Shown: positions 49,441 through 59,387, counted from the stretch's first letter. The stretch: DNA of 64,000 nt from an uncultured delta proteobacterium (GCA_963803435.1 CAWDML010000001.1:480001-544000); one strand, 5' to 3'. Numbers and translations are program-made. Notes: a model not told the origin generated them from the sequence alone.

Positions 49441-50312
49441 ACGCGCTCTACGCCTACCTCACCGAGCTCGCCCGCGCCGGCAGCATCCCCGGCATCTTCG
49501 AGTATCCGTTCATTGCGCGCGGGATCATCGCCGGGCTGATCCTGGCTCCGCTCCTGGGCGGAATGAGCCACCTGGTGGTGGCCCGCCGGCTGGCCTTCCT
49601 CAGCGCCGCGCTGGGCCACGCGGCGCTCACCGGTCTCACGATCGGCCTGGTCCTCGGCGAGCCCATCGACTCCGCCTACGGCGGCCTCTTCGGCTTCTGC
49701 ATGCTCTCGGCGCTGGCGATGGTCTACGTGCGCCGGCGCGCCGCGCTCCCGCCGGACACGTTGATCGGTGTCTTCCTCGCCCTGACGCTCGGTCTCGGGA
49801 TCTGCCTCCTGGTCGCGGTGACCCAGCGGTTCAACATCCACCAGATCGAAGCGGTCATGTTCGGAAGCCTGATCACGGTGACCGATCGCGACCTCGCGAT
49901 CTTGGCGATCGTCGCGGTGCTCGTCGCCGCCGTCTTCATCCGGATCTACAACCCTCTCCTGCTCGACACGCTGGCGCCCTCGATCGCGGCCGCCCGCCGC
50001 GTCGACTCGATGGCGCTCGACTACATCATCGTCCTGCTGCTCACGATGGTGATCGTGGTGAGCCTCAAGATCGTCGGTGCGCTGCTGGTGGAGTCGCTGA
50101 TCCTGGTCCCCGCCGCCGCCGCCCGGAACCTCGCGCGCTCGGTGCGCGGGTACGTGATCTGGAGCGTGGTGTTCGCATTCCTCGCCACCGAGAGCGGGCT
50201 GTTCCTCTCCACGGTGCTCCCGGTCCCGACCGGCGGCGCGATCGTGCTGGTGCTGGCGGCGATCTTCTTCCTGGCGCTCCTGGCGCGCACGCTCCTCTCA
50301 CGGGCGCCGTGA
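49437..50312 (+). CDS. Metal ABC transporter permease (ZnuB family)
   Basis: ALGHAALTG, MFGSLITV, KIVGALLV, PAAAARN. Confidence 0.92.
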   Translation: MNALYAYLTELARAGSIPGIFEYPFIARGIIAGLILAPLLGGMSHLVVARRLAFLSAALGHAALTGLTIGLVLGEPIDSAYGGLFGFCMLSALAMVYVRRRAALPPDTLIGVFLALTLGLGICLLVAVTQRFNIHQIEAVMFGSLITVTDRDLAILAIVAVLVAAVFIRIYNPLLLDTLAPSIAAARRVDSMALDYIIVLLLTMVIVVSLKIVGALLVESLILVPAAAARNLARSVRGYVIWSVVFAFLATESGLFLSTVLPVPTGGAIVLVLAAIFFLALLARTLLSRAP

Positions 50313-50331
50313 GAGGAACCCGGTGGTGTCA

Positions 50332-51918
50332 TCAATCGTGGTGATGCTCGTGCTCCGATACCGAGGGACGGAACATGTGCTGAACGAAACCGCGCGGGCC
50401 CAGCCGGACCAGCGCGGCGGCGATCAGCGTGAGCAGACAGATGGCGGCGGCGCGATCGACGGAGCCGCCGAGGTCGAACGACAACGCGGACGGGCGCAGC
50501 GCAGGTAGCGCGAGATCGACGATGATCCCGAGCAGCGTGGCCGTCCCGAGCGCGGCGAGCGCGAACCTCACGGCGGAGGGTCGGCCGAAGCGCTCGCGGA
50601 TCGCAGCGAGCGAGGTCGCGTGAACCATCGGCCCGGTGATGAGGAAGGCGAGCGCGCTTCCGGGAGAGAGACCGGCGGCGATCAGCGCCGCGGCCAGGGG
50701 CGTGGCGCCGGTCGCGCAGACGAAGGGCACGAGCGCCAGCAGGGCGGCCGCCGGGACCGAGACCAGCGCGGGGATCGCCAGCTTGGCGTCGCCGGCGAGG
50801 ACGGCGACGGCGGCACCGAAGAGGATCCAGGCCGCGCTCTCGTCCATGAGCTGGACGAAGCCCAGGCGGAGCGCGGTGGTGGCGGGCTCGACCGAGGGTG
50901 GTGGATCGACCGAGGCCGGCGCCGCGCGACCCACGATGGCGGTCACCGCCAGGGACGCGACGACCGCCAGACCGAAGCGAAGGACGGTGAACACCGAGCC
51001 GAGCAGGACGAGCGAGACCAGGATCGCCGGGAGCGAGAGCAAGGGCGTGGCCGCGAGCGCCAGCAGATCGCCGGTGGCCGCGAGCTCGCGCGCAGCCCGT
51101 CCCGCCCCGACGGGGCGAAGGAGCGCCGCCAGCAACCCACGCCGGTCGGCGGAGGAGCGGAGGGTGGCGACGACGCCGGCGAGCGCGAACCCGACGATCA
51201 TGGGCAGCGCGATCACGTAGGACAGACGGAGGAGATCGGTGGTGGTCGCACCCGCGAGCGACTGGGCGTGCGCGTGTCCCGAGGCCTCGGGGACGAGCGC
51301 GACCATCAGGACTCCGAGCGCCCCGCCCAAGAGCTCGGCGACGCGGTTGTGCGGGACGTGTTCGCCGTGGAGCTCCGGGCCGTGGCTGAGCAGCACGTGG
51401 AGCAGCGCACCCGCGACGAACGCCTCGAACACGGCCAGCGAGCGCTCCTCGAGCACGTCGAACCGCTGGCCCAAGAGGAACCCGCCGATCGTCGCGAGGA
51501 TCAACGCGCTCAGCATGAGCCAGGCGCGCTTGAGGCCGAACGCGGGCCGCACCAGCCACCAGACGAGGATCCCGGCGGGGAGGCGATGCAAGACGATCGC
51601 CCAGGAGAGCGCGCCCGGGTGTCGCTCGCTCCCGATGGCGGCGCCGTCGATCAGCGTGTGGCTGAGCAGGCCGAGCAGGCCGATCGCGATCGCCCAGCCC
51701 TTCGGCCCGTGTCCGGTCTGCGCGCGGCGGGAGAAGATGAGCGGCTCCAGCAGCGCCGGGACTGCCAGCCCGATGGCGCCCGCGGCGATCGACCAGAACC
51801 CGCCCAGCGCGAGCGCCCGCGGCATGATGTGCAGCAGCACCAGCGAGCCGACGGCGGCCAACACGAAGCCGTCGAGCGCGTGGAGGAGCAGCCGCACCCG
51901 GCGCGAGAGCGCGTACAT
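50332..51918 (-). CDS. Membrane metal permease: ZIP-like N-half fused to ArsP/DUF318-like permease C-half
   Basis: SHTLIDG...LHRLPAG; His-rich loops; VCATGATPLAAALIAAGLSPGSALAFLITGP; tail EHEHHHD. The frame extends upstream (LLPLALAIAAVLVGPL) to about 51970 without a standard start codon. Confidence 0.75.
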   Translation of the reverse strand: MYALSRRVRLLLHALDGFVLAAVGSLVLLHIMPRALALGGFWSIAAGAIGLAVPALLEPLIFSRRAQTGHGPKGWAIAIGLLGLLSHTLIDGAAIGSERHPGALSWAIVLHRLPAGILVWWLVRPAFGLKRAWLMLSALILATIGGFLLGQRFDVLEERSLAVFEAFVAGALLHVLLSHGPELHGEHVPHNRVAELLGGALGVLMVALVPEASGHAHAQSLAGATTTDLLRLSYVIALPMIVGFALAGVVATLRSSADRRGLLAALLRPVGAGRAARELAATGDLLALAATPLLSLPAILVSLVLLGSVFTVLRFGLAVVASLAVTAIVGRAAPASVDPPPSVEPATTALRLGFVQLMDESAAWILFGAAVAVLAGDAKLAIPALVSVPAAALLALVPFVCATGATPLAAALIAAGLSPGSALAFLITGPMVHATSLAAIRERFGRPSAVRFALAALGTATLLGIIVDLALPALRPSALSFDLGGSVDRAAAICLLTLIAAALVRLGPRGFVQHMFRPSVSEHEHHHD

Positions 51919-52040
51919 GAGCGGGCCGACCAGGACGGCCGCGATGGCGAGCGCGAGTGGAAGCAGACGATCGGCGGACTATCAACGCCGTCGGGGGGCG
52001 GCAAGCCGAGATCGCGGTCGGCCGGAAACCCTCCGCAGGC

Positions 52041-53462
52041 TCACGGACAGCCGAGCGCAGCGCGAAGGTGCTCGGCCCGCAGCGCCGGGAAAAGTTCGAG
52101 CTCGTCCACGCGCGCGCGCCAGTCTTCGATCGAAGCGTCGAGGTCGCGCGCGTCCGCCTCGACCGCGGGCTCGAGCGCGCCGGCGGTCGCGTCCAGGAGC
52201 GCGGTCAGGTGGTCACTCCAGAACGGGCTGTCGATCATCGCGCAGGCGCGACACTCGAAGCCGCTCCGGAGCTCGGGATCGGACAGCGTCTGATGGATCA
52301 GGAGGTTGTAGTGGCCCTCGAGCGGAAAGGTCGGCTCGACGCCGGGTCCGAGGACGCCGGGATCGGCCGGCGCATCGGCGGTGAAGCTGTCGCAGATCGT
52401 GTCGCCCGCCTCCTCGTCGTAGAGGCACCCGTAGGTCAGGTCCAGATCCCAGGGGTAGATCTCCCAGCCGTCCGACTGCGGTGAGAGATAGTAGTTCTTG
52501 CGGACGTGATCGAGGTTCTGGATCACCGCCATCACGGCCAGATAGTCGAGCAGGTCCGAGACGCGAAAGAGCGAGCGAACCGCGGTGGAGGCCCCGCCGT
52601 CCCGATAGTCGCTCTCGAGCTCGCCGATCATCCCCATCAGATCGGCGTCGTCGAACGTCGGGCCGACCGGCTTCTGATACACCGAGCGGTAGGTCGTCTC
52701 GTCGGGGAGGGAGATCAGAGATCCGCCGCCCATGGCGAACAGATCGTTCGGTGGATCGGCCTCGTAGAGCGCGGTCTCCTCGCGATCGTTCTCGCGGAGG
52801 AACGCGCTCCCGACACGCTCGATCTCCAGCATCAACCCGTAGGGCTCGCCGTTGATCGCGAGCTGGATGAAGCGGTGGCGCGAGATCGGGATCCGGGTGA
52901 AGCGAGCGAACGCCTCGTAGGCGGCGAGCGAGCGCAGGTAGGTGTGATCGTTGTACTCGGCGCGCAGGTTGATCTTGCGCGAGAAGCCGGGGTGCGGCGT
53001 GTCTTCCGGGAAGGTGATCCGAAACGACTTCTTCGGATAGTCGCGGCTGGTCCCGCCGCGCAGGCGGACGCGGCAGCCCTCCTGGTAGCGGACGCCGGCG
53101 GCCGTGAGCGCGCACGGGATGAAGAGCTCGCGATAGGGATCGGCGACAATCAGGGCGAGGTCCGCCTCGGCGACCTCGAGGTTCCACGCCGGCAACACCG
53201 TCTCGACGCAGAACCCCGAGCGACAGCTCCGACCTTCGGCGCACTCGTCGTCCTCGCGACAGGCACCGCACGTCCCGCCGGTGCAGGCCTCGATGGGCTC
53301 GCACTCGGACACCGAGGCACACGCACGGCAGTAGCGGCCGTGGCAGCCGGACGCGGACGTGTACAGGCCGGCGGCGCACGCAATCACGTCGGGCGCCGGC
53401 TCTTCGGGCACTCCGCAGGCGGCCAGGAGCCCGGAGGCGAGGAGCCAACGCACGCGGGACAT
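52041..53462 (-). CDS. CotH kinase family lipoprotein with Cys-rich N-terminal region
   Basis: Lipobox LAAC; RLRGGTS..YPKKSFRI, NLRAEYND, NGEPYG, KNYYL, PWDLDLTYG. Confidence 0.88.
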   Translation of the reverse strand: MSRVRWLLASGLLAACGVPEEPAPDVIACAAGLYTSASGCHGRYCRACASVSECEPIEACTGGTCGACREDDECAEGRSCRSGFCVETVLPAWNLEVAEADLALIVADPYRELFIPCALTAAGVRYQEGCRVRLRGGTSRDYPKKSFRITFPEDTPHPGFSRKINLRAEYNDHTYLRSLAAYEAFARFTRIPISRHRFIQLAINGEPYGLMLEIERVGSAFLRENDREETALYEADPPNDLFAMGGGSLISLPDETTYRSVYQKPVGPTFDDADLMGMIGELESDYRDGGASTAVRSLFRVSDLLDYLAVMAVIQNLDHVRKNYYLSPQSDGWEIYPWDLDLTYGCLYDEEAGDTICDSFTADAPADPGVLGPGVEPTFPLEGHYNLLIHQTLSDPELRSGFECRACAMIDSPFWSDHLTALLDATAGALEPAVEADARDLDASIEDWRARVDELELFPALRAEHLRAALGCP

Positions 53463-53529
53463 CGACGGGACCAGCATATCGCCGGCCGTGAGCTTGCGGC
53501 GAGATCCGGGTGCTGATGAGAATCGCCGC

Positions 53530-55260
53530 GTGCCGGCCGCCTCGATGCTCGCGCTGCTGCTGATCGCCGCCCGACCACCGAGCTACACCTACCGGGAGAA
53601 CATGCTGGCGCTCCGGCTGCCGCCCGAGCGGGCCCCGAAGGCAAGCGGAGCGCGCAGCGAGCGAGAGCGAGCGGAGTCGGGCGCGAGGGCTTTGCCCGAG
53701 CGGGCCCCGAAGGCAAGCGGAGCGCGCAGCGAGCGAGAGCGAGCGGAGTCGGGCGCGAGGGCTTTGCCCGAGCGGGCCCCGAAGGCAAGCGGAGCGCGCA
53801 GCGAGCGAGAGCGAGCGGAGTCGGGCGCGAGGGCTTTGCCCGAGCATCCGACCGTCGTCTCGTGGCGAAGGCTCGACCCGCGGGGGCGGGGCGTGGGCGC
53901 CTGGTCTCGGCGGGACGTCGGGGGCGTCTTGAAGGAGGGACAGGTCGAGCTCGAGGTGGGCAGCGGCGGCGGCCACGAGCTGCGGATCAGCTCGGCGCGC
54001 GGCACGGAGCGGATCTGGGCCACCCGCGGCACCTGGTACGCGCTCCCGCGGGAGAACGCGATCACCACAGGACACAAGCCGAGCCTGCGGGGGAGCGCGC
54101 TGGCGGCGATCGCCGACATCACCCTGGCGGGCGCGTTCTCCGTCCAGGTGAACACGGTGCGGCAGCGCGGCTATCTGGCGGTCGGGCGCACGCTCGGGAT
54201 GGATCTGGGCGCCGCGATCCGTCCGCCGGAGGAGGCCGCGCTGGTGGTCGTCGGCGGTGGCACGATGCAGGGCGCGGTGGTGACGCTGACGGAGCATCGG
54301 GAGAAGGATCAGGTCGTCTACTGGGACTATCCGCTGAACCTCGAGGTGGAGGCGCGACGGTACGTGATCCCGCTGTCGGCGTTCGAGCGTCGCGATGGGC
54401 GCGGGAAGGGGAAGATCGAGCGCATCGAGGCGATCACGATCCGCACCGTGCAGATCCCGAACGAGGGCGACCGGCTCTTCTTCGATCACCTCGCGCTGCT
54501 CGAGTCGCCCCCGCGCATCACCGGAGTGCAGGCCGCCAAGAACGGCGTGATCATCCAAACCGGAGGGCGCGTCCTCCTGAGCGAGCGCCTCCACGCGGAG
54601 GGGGCCGCCACCTCGACGTCCGCGCGCGTGCGGAAAAAGACGATGCGCCTCTCGGGGCCAGGCTTCGCAGGCGCGACCAAGGTGTGGATGTGCTGGCGCG
54701 AAGACGGCGCGGAGGCGTGCGATCCGCCGGACGCCCCCACCACCGTCCGGCAGGTGCCGGTGGTGCCGCCGGCGCCGCTCCTGGTCGATGACTTCGCAGG
54801 CTCGATCCCGGTGAACGCGCTCAGGCGCCAGACGCAGGTGTACACCTCCACGATCGGTCTCGATCCGACGCTGGTGAGCCTGCGGCGGCCCGGTTCGATC
54901 CTGCTGGGACGCCTGGAGGAGCGCCACCTCGACTACGTCGGCTATCTGTCGCCGCTCCCGCCCGTGCTGCCGAGCCACCTCTCGGAGCTCGAGCTCACGA
55001 TCCGTGGGGATGTGGATCCGGCCCTGATCAAGGTGGGCCTGAGGAGCACGAACGGGCGCGAGCCGAAGGTCGCTGTCAATCGGTACCTGAAGGCGGTCGA
55101 CCGCGAGCGCTGGCAGACCGTCCGCATTCCGCTGACCGCGTTCGGCCGGTCGCGGAAGAACGTCGACGCGATCACCGTCTCGCTGGAGGCCGCCGGAGGG
55201 CGAAAGCAGCAGCTGGAGATCCAGCGGATCGAGATCTCGCCGGCGCGAAAGGGCGGATGA
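53530..55260 (+). CDS. Exported protein with two CBM11/CIA30-like carbohydrate-binding domains and an in-frame repeat insert
   Basis: Hydrophobic N-terminus; RRYVIPLSAF...FFDHLAL and LLVDDF...WQTVRIPLTAF patterns; start 53530 or 53545. Confidence 0.65.
   Translation: MPAASMLALLLIAARPPSYTYRENMLALRLPPERAPKASGARSERERAESGARALPERAPKASGARSERERAESGARALPERAPKASGARSERERAESGARALPEHPTVVSWRRLDPRGRGVGAWSRRDVGGVLKEGQVELEVGSGGGHELRISSARGTERIWATRGTWYALPRENAITTGHKPSLRGSALAAIADITLAGAFSVQVNTVRQRGYLAVGRTLGMDLGAAIRPPEEAALVVVGGGTMQGAVVTLTEHREKDQVVYWDYPLNLEVEARRYVIPLSAFERRDGRGKGKIERIEAITIRTVQIPNEGDRLFFDHLALLESPPRITGVQAAKNGVIIQTGGRVLLSERLHAEGAATSTSARVRKKTMRLSGPGFAGATKVWMCWREDGAEACDPPDAPTTVRQVPVVPPAPLLVDDFAGSIPVNALRRQTQVYTSTIGLDPTLVSLRRPGSILLGRLEERHLDYVGYLSPLPPVLPSHLSELELTIRGDVDPALIKVGLRSTNGREPKVAVNRYLKAVDRERWQTVRIPLTAFGRSRKNVDAITVSLEAAGGRKQQLEIQRIEISPARKGG
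53622..53845 (+). repeat. Perfect 72-bp tandem repeat, 3 copies plus 8 bp, in frame (PERAPKASGARSERERAESGARAL x3)
   Basis: Units start at 53622, 53694 and 53766; GCCCGAGC recurs at 53838. Confidence 0.95.
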
Positions 55261-56507
55261 GCTCGGCCGCCCTTCTGCTGCTCGCGATCCTCGCGCAGAC
55301 CTCGACCGGGGGTGCCGATCTCAGCCGCCTGCGGAGCGCCTTGGCCGAGCACCCCGAAGACGTCGACGTCCGGCTGAAGCTCGCGCTTGCGCTGAGCCGG
55401 AACGGGGCCACCGACGAGGCCCGCCAGCACGCGGAGGCGGTGGTCCGTGCCGCGCCGAAGTACTGGGACGCTCAGCTGTTGCTGGCGCGGCTCGACGCCT
55501 GGGCGCAGCGCTACGACCAGGCCGAGGCGCGCCTCCACGCCATCATCGCGCAGGCGCCCGAGCTACGCGATGCGCGGTCGGCGCTCGCCGAGGTCGAGCT
55601 CTGGTCCGGCGAGCTCGACCAATCGAAGGAGGACATCGAGCGGTTGCTCGTGGACGAGCACAGCCCGGAGCTGCTCGGGCGGCTGGCTCAGGTCGAATAC
55701 GAGCGGCAGCACCACCTGTCGGCCTACCTCATCGCGAAGGAGGCGCTGGCGCTCGATCCGGCGGAGCAGCGCGCGCTGGGAGTGAAGGAGGCGGTCCTGC
55801 TGGTGCGCGCGGATCTGCGGTTCGAGGCCGAGAACCTCCCGGGGCCGAAGGACGGGCACGGAGAGATCATCACGGTGACCGCGCTGCCCGGGAACCTCTA
55901 TGGCTTCTCGATCACCGAGGAGTTCAGACAGCGCTACGGCACCACGAACAACCGGGTCGCGTTCGAGGGGTTGTGGCTGCCCGCCAAGGGCTGGACGGTG
56001 GCCGCGCTGTTCGCGTTCGGGCTCCCGGCGAAGGTCATCGCGGATGTCTCGGCCTCCGCGCGTGTCACCGCGCCGATCTTCGAGCTCCTCGACGGTGGGC
56101 TCTCGTACACGTTCGACCACTTTCCCGACAGCGTGGTCCTTCATCGGGCGCGGGTGGACTTGGGGTTCCGCATTCACCACACGCTGCAAGCGGTGATCGC
56201 CTACGTCTTCGGTGTGCTCAGCTCGCCGACGGCCGGGACCGACAGCCTTCACTACGGCTCCCTCGCGCTCGACTTCGAGTCGCTCCCGTATGCGCTCTCG
56301 CTCAGCTACGGCTTCGGACGGCAGATCGATCGCGTCGTGCTCGATCCGACCGCACCGCTGTTCTCCTACCTCTCGCACGAGATCCGGGTCTTCGCAGCGT
56401 ACGAGCCCGTCCGCTGGATCCGCGTCGGTGTCGATCTCGGTACGGTGATCCGATCCAACAAGACCCGCGTGGACACGCTCGGGATCCTGGCGCGCTTCTC
56501 CTTCTAG
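55257..56507 (+). CDS. TPR plus outer-membrane beta-barrel protein (YaiO-like)
   Basis: Signal peptide, N-terminal TPRs, alternating beta-strand C-half, terminal Phe (ARFSF). Confidence 0.75.
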   Translation: MSSAALLLLAILAQTSTGGADLSRLRSALAEHPEDVDVRLKLALALSRNGATDEARQHAEAVVRAAPKYWDAQLLLARLDAWAQRYDQAEARLHAIIAQAPELRDARSALAEVELWSGELDQSKEDIERLLVDEHSPELLGRLAQVEYERQHHLSAYLIAKEALALDPAEQRALGVKEAVLLVRADLRFEAENLPGPKDGHGEIITVTALPGNLYGFSITEEFRQRYGTTNNRVAFEGLWLPAKGWTVAALFAFGLPAKVIADVSASARVTAPIFELLDGGLSYTFDHFPDSVVLHRARVDLGFRIHHTLQAVIAYVFGVLSSPTAGTDSLHYGSLALDFESLPYALSLSYGFGRQIDRVVLDPTAPLFSYLSHEIRVFAAYEPVRWIRVGVDLGTVIRSNKTRVDTLGILARFSF

Positions 56508-56527
56508 ACGGAAGATGGAGCCGCATC

Positions 56528-58045
56528 GTGCACGGGCTCTTCGTCCGAATTCTCTACCTCTTCGACGCGATCGTGGTCGTGTACTTCCTGATCTACGCCT
56601 TGGTGAACATGGGCCTGCTCCTGGTCAGCTTCCTGCGGGTCAAGACCTCGCTCGAGAGCGCGCAGCTGGAAGCGCTCGGGGGGCGTGATCCCGACCCGGC
56701 GTTCTGCCCGCTGATCTCGCTGCTGGTGCCCGCCTACAACGAGGAGGTGACGATCGTCGAGAGCGTGCGCTCGTTGCTCCGTCTCGACTACCCCGGCTAC
56801 GAGATCATCATCGTCAACGACGGCTCGAAGGACGGGACCGTCGAGGTGCTCAAGGAGGCCTACGCCTTCGTGCGGAGCGACGTCGACTATCAGGACCAGC
56901 TGGGCGCCGCGAAGGTGCGCGGCTTCTACCGCTCCACGGTCGAGCTGCCGAACGGTGTGGTCCGGCTGGTCCTGGTCGACAAGGAGAACGGCGGCAAGGC
57001 CGACGCGCTCAACGCCGGGATCAACGCGTCGCAGGGCGCGTACGTGGCCTCGATGGACGCCGACTCGCTGATGGTACCGCGGGCCCTCCAGATCGCGGTT
57101 CAGCCGATCCTCGACGACCCGAACCGCATCATCGCCGTCGGCGGACAGATCGCGCTCTCCAACGGCTGTACCGTCGCGGACGGTCGCGTCAAGGAGGTGC
57201 GCCTCCCCAGGAGCTGGATCGCCCGCTTCCAGGTGGTGGAGTACATGCGATCGTTCACGCAGTCGCGCACCGCCCTCGCCGAGCTCGACAGCCTCCTGAT
57301 CCTCTCGGGCGTGTTCGCCCTCTTCCGTCGCGATGCGCTGATCGCGTGCGGTGGCTTCCTCACCAAGCACCAGCGCTCGCGCGTGTGCCTGGAGTACTGT
57401 GGGCCGCACGCCGAGACTGTCTGCGAGGACATGGAGGTGGTGGTCCGGATCCAGCGCTATCTGATCGAGCGCTCCGAGCGACCGCGCGTGGTGTTCCTGC
57501 CGTCGCCCACGTCGTGGACCGAGGCCCCCGAGGTCTACGAGAGCCTCGGGAAGCAGCGCTCGCGCTGGTATCGCGGGCTGTGGGAGGTGCTCACGCTCCA
57601 CCGAAAGATGATGTTCAACCCGAAGTACGGGCGGGTCGGCCTCTTCTCTCTGCCTTACCAGCTCCTCTACGAGGCGCTCGCACCGATCCTGGAGGTGCTC
57701 GGGTACGTGGTGCTCCCGATCTCCTGGGCGCTCGGCGTGCTGAGCTTCAAGGCGCTGGTGGCGTTCTGCGCGGTGGCGATGTCGTTCAACCTGGTGCTGT
57801 CGACGGGATCGGTGATGCTCGCGATCGCGCGGATCCGGTTCCGCAAGCACGACGCCGGCTCGGCGCTGATGGACTATCGCGGCGTCAAGGACACGCTGCT
57901 CCTGGTGCTCGCGGGTCTGGTGTCGAACGTCGGCTACCGCCAGTTCATCGTGTTCTGGCAGCTCAAGGGGCTCAAGGATCTCATCAAGGGCAAGAAGGGC
58001 TGGGACAAGTTCGCGCGCGCCGGATTCGCCCAGGCCAAGAGCTGA
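56528..58045 (+). CDS. Processive GT2 polysaccharide synthase (PgaC/IcaA-like)
   Basis: PAYNEE, NDGSKD, KENGGKADALNAG, DAD, CED, QRSRW; N- and C-terminal TMs; GGAG before GTG 56528. Confidence 0.92.
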   Translation: MHGLFVRILYLFDAIVVVYFLIYALVNMGLLLVSFLRVKTSLESAQLEALGGRDPDPAFCPLISLLVPAYNEEVTIVESVRSLLRLDYPGYEIIIVNDGSKDGTVEVLKEAYAFVRSDVDYQDQLGAAKVRGFYRSTVELPNGVVRLVLVDKENGGKADALNAGINASQGAYVASMDADSLMVPRALQIAVQPILDDPNRIIAVGGQIALSNGCTVADGRVKEVRLPRSWIARFQVVEYMRSFTQSRTALAELDSLLILSGVFALFRRDALIACGGFLTKHQRSRVCLEYCGPHAETVCEDMEVVVRIQRYLIERSERPRVVFLPSPTSWTEAPEVYESLGKQRSRWYRGLWEVLTLHRKMMFNPKYGRVGLFSLPYQLLYEALAPILEVLGYVVLPISWALGVLSFKALVAFCAVAMSFNLVLSTGSVMLAIARIRFRKHDAGSALMDYRGVKDTLLLVLAGLVSNVGYRQFIVFWQLKGLKDLIKGKKGWDKFARAGFAQAKS

Positions 58046-58049
58046 TGCG

Positions 58050-59381
58050 ATGACTCTGTACGCGCTCGGTATCGGACGACAGACGGCGTCGCACCTGGAG
58101 GCGTTCGCAGACGGGCTGCGGATCGTGGAGTCGGTCGAACGGGCGCTGGCGGAGCTCGTACAACAGCGCGCCGATCTGGTGGTGATCGACGCCGAGGAGG
58201 TGGCGGCGGACCTGGAGGCTGCCCTGAAGCTGCTGACCGCGCCGAACCGCGCGCTGGCGGTGCTCCGTGAGGCCGCGCCGGATCCGGTCGCGCTCCTGTC
58301 CTCGAACGCGTGGTGGCTCCCGCGCGCGCTTCCACCGGAGCGCGCCACTCCGGCCCTCATCGCCGCCGCCGAGCGCGCCAGCGTGCATCGCGAAAACGCC
58401 GTCGCCGCCGATTCGCTGGAGGTCCGACTCCGCGAGCATGGCGAGTGGGCGAAGTCGGCGCGGCGAACGCTCGACGAGCTCCTCCACGAGCTGAAGACTC
58501 CTATCTTCGTGGTGCAGGGGTTCGCGAGCAATCTGCTGGACGAGATCGACGGGCCGCTCGCGCCCTCGCAGCGCTCCGGACTGCAGCGGATCCATGCGGC
58601 TGCCAAGCTGATGGGCGAGGTCGTGAAGAACGCTGCGCCGCGGCTGGAGCCGCCACCCCTCAAGCACGGTGCCCCGCCGGTACGACGCCGGCGGGCGATC
58701 CGGGCGCAGCTCGATCTGGAGGCGCTGTCGCGCGAGGCGGCGGCGCTGTTCTCTCGAGAGGTCGAGCAGCGTTCGCTCGCGCTCTCGATCGAGGTCCTCG
58801 ACCCGCTCCCGAACGTGTGGGGCGATCGCGGGCGGCTGACGCAGGTCCTCGTCAACCTGCTCTCGAACGCGATGCGATACGTGCCGGACCGAGGGAAGAT
58901 CGCCGTCGAGCTGCGACGCGACGGCGACGCGTGCGAGATCGCGGTGCTCGACGACGGACCCGGGATCTCGCTCGAGCTCGCCGAGTGGATCTTCGACTCT
59001 GGCGTCAGCGGCCAGGGTCGGACCGGGCTCGGCCTGGCGATCGCGCGCGAGATCGCGGACGAGCATCAGGGATCGATCTCGGCCGATCCGACGGGCCCCC
59101 TGGGCGGCGCCGCCTTCCGCCTGCGGATCCCCGTCGACGCCCGGGCGCGCGCAGGACGGCTGGAGATCCTCCTCATCGACGACCCCGTGCTGGCCGGTCA
59201 GCTCCTGATCGAGCTCAAGAACCGGCACGGGACCCACGTGCCGGCTTCGCGGCCGCGCGATATGGAGGCGCTGGCCTCGCGGCTGATCGAGCTCGGCTCT
59301 ACGGTGGTGTTCGCCGGCCGGCTCGAGGAGCGCCTGGGAACGCAAACGATCGATCTTCCGAGCGATCTGGCCCTGGAGTGA
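58050..59381 (+). CDS. Cytoplasmic sensor histidine kinase with degenerate receiver-like termini
   Basis: HELKTP, NLLSNA, DDGPGI, GLGLAI; no TM. Confidence 0.9.
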   Translation: MTLYALGIGRQTASHLEAFADGLRIVESVERALAELVQQRADLVVIDAEEVAADLEAALKLLTAPNRALAVLREAAPDPVALLSSNAWWLPRALPPERATPALIAAAERASVHRENAVAADSLEVRLREHGEWAKSARRTLDELLHELKTPIFVVQGFASNLLDEIDGPLAPSQRSGLQRIHAAAKLMGEVVKNAAPRLEPPPLKHGAPPVRRRRAIRAQLDLEALSREAAALFSREVEQRSLALSIEVLDPLPNVWGDRGRLTQVLVNLLSNAMRYVPDRGKIAVELRRDGDACEIAVLDDGPGISLELAEWIFDSGVSGQGRTGLGLAIAREIADEHQGSISADPTGPLGGAAFRLRIPVDARARAGRLEILLIDDPVLAGQLLIELKNRHGTHVPASRPRDMEALASRLIELGSTVVFAGRLEERLGTQTIDLPSDLALE

Positions 59382-59387
59382 GGCACG

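Noticed and set aside
53622-53845. CRISPR array
   Set aside because: Units are identical head-to-tail with no unique spacers, lie in frame in a CDS, and no cas genes are present.
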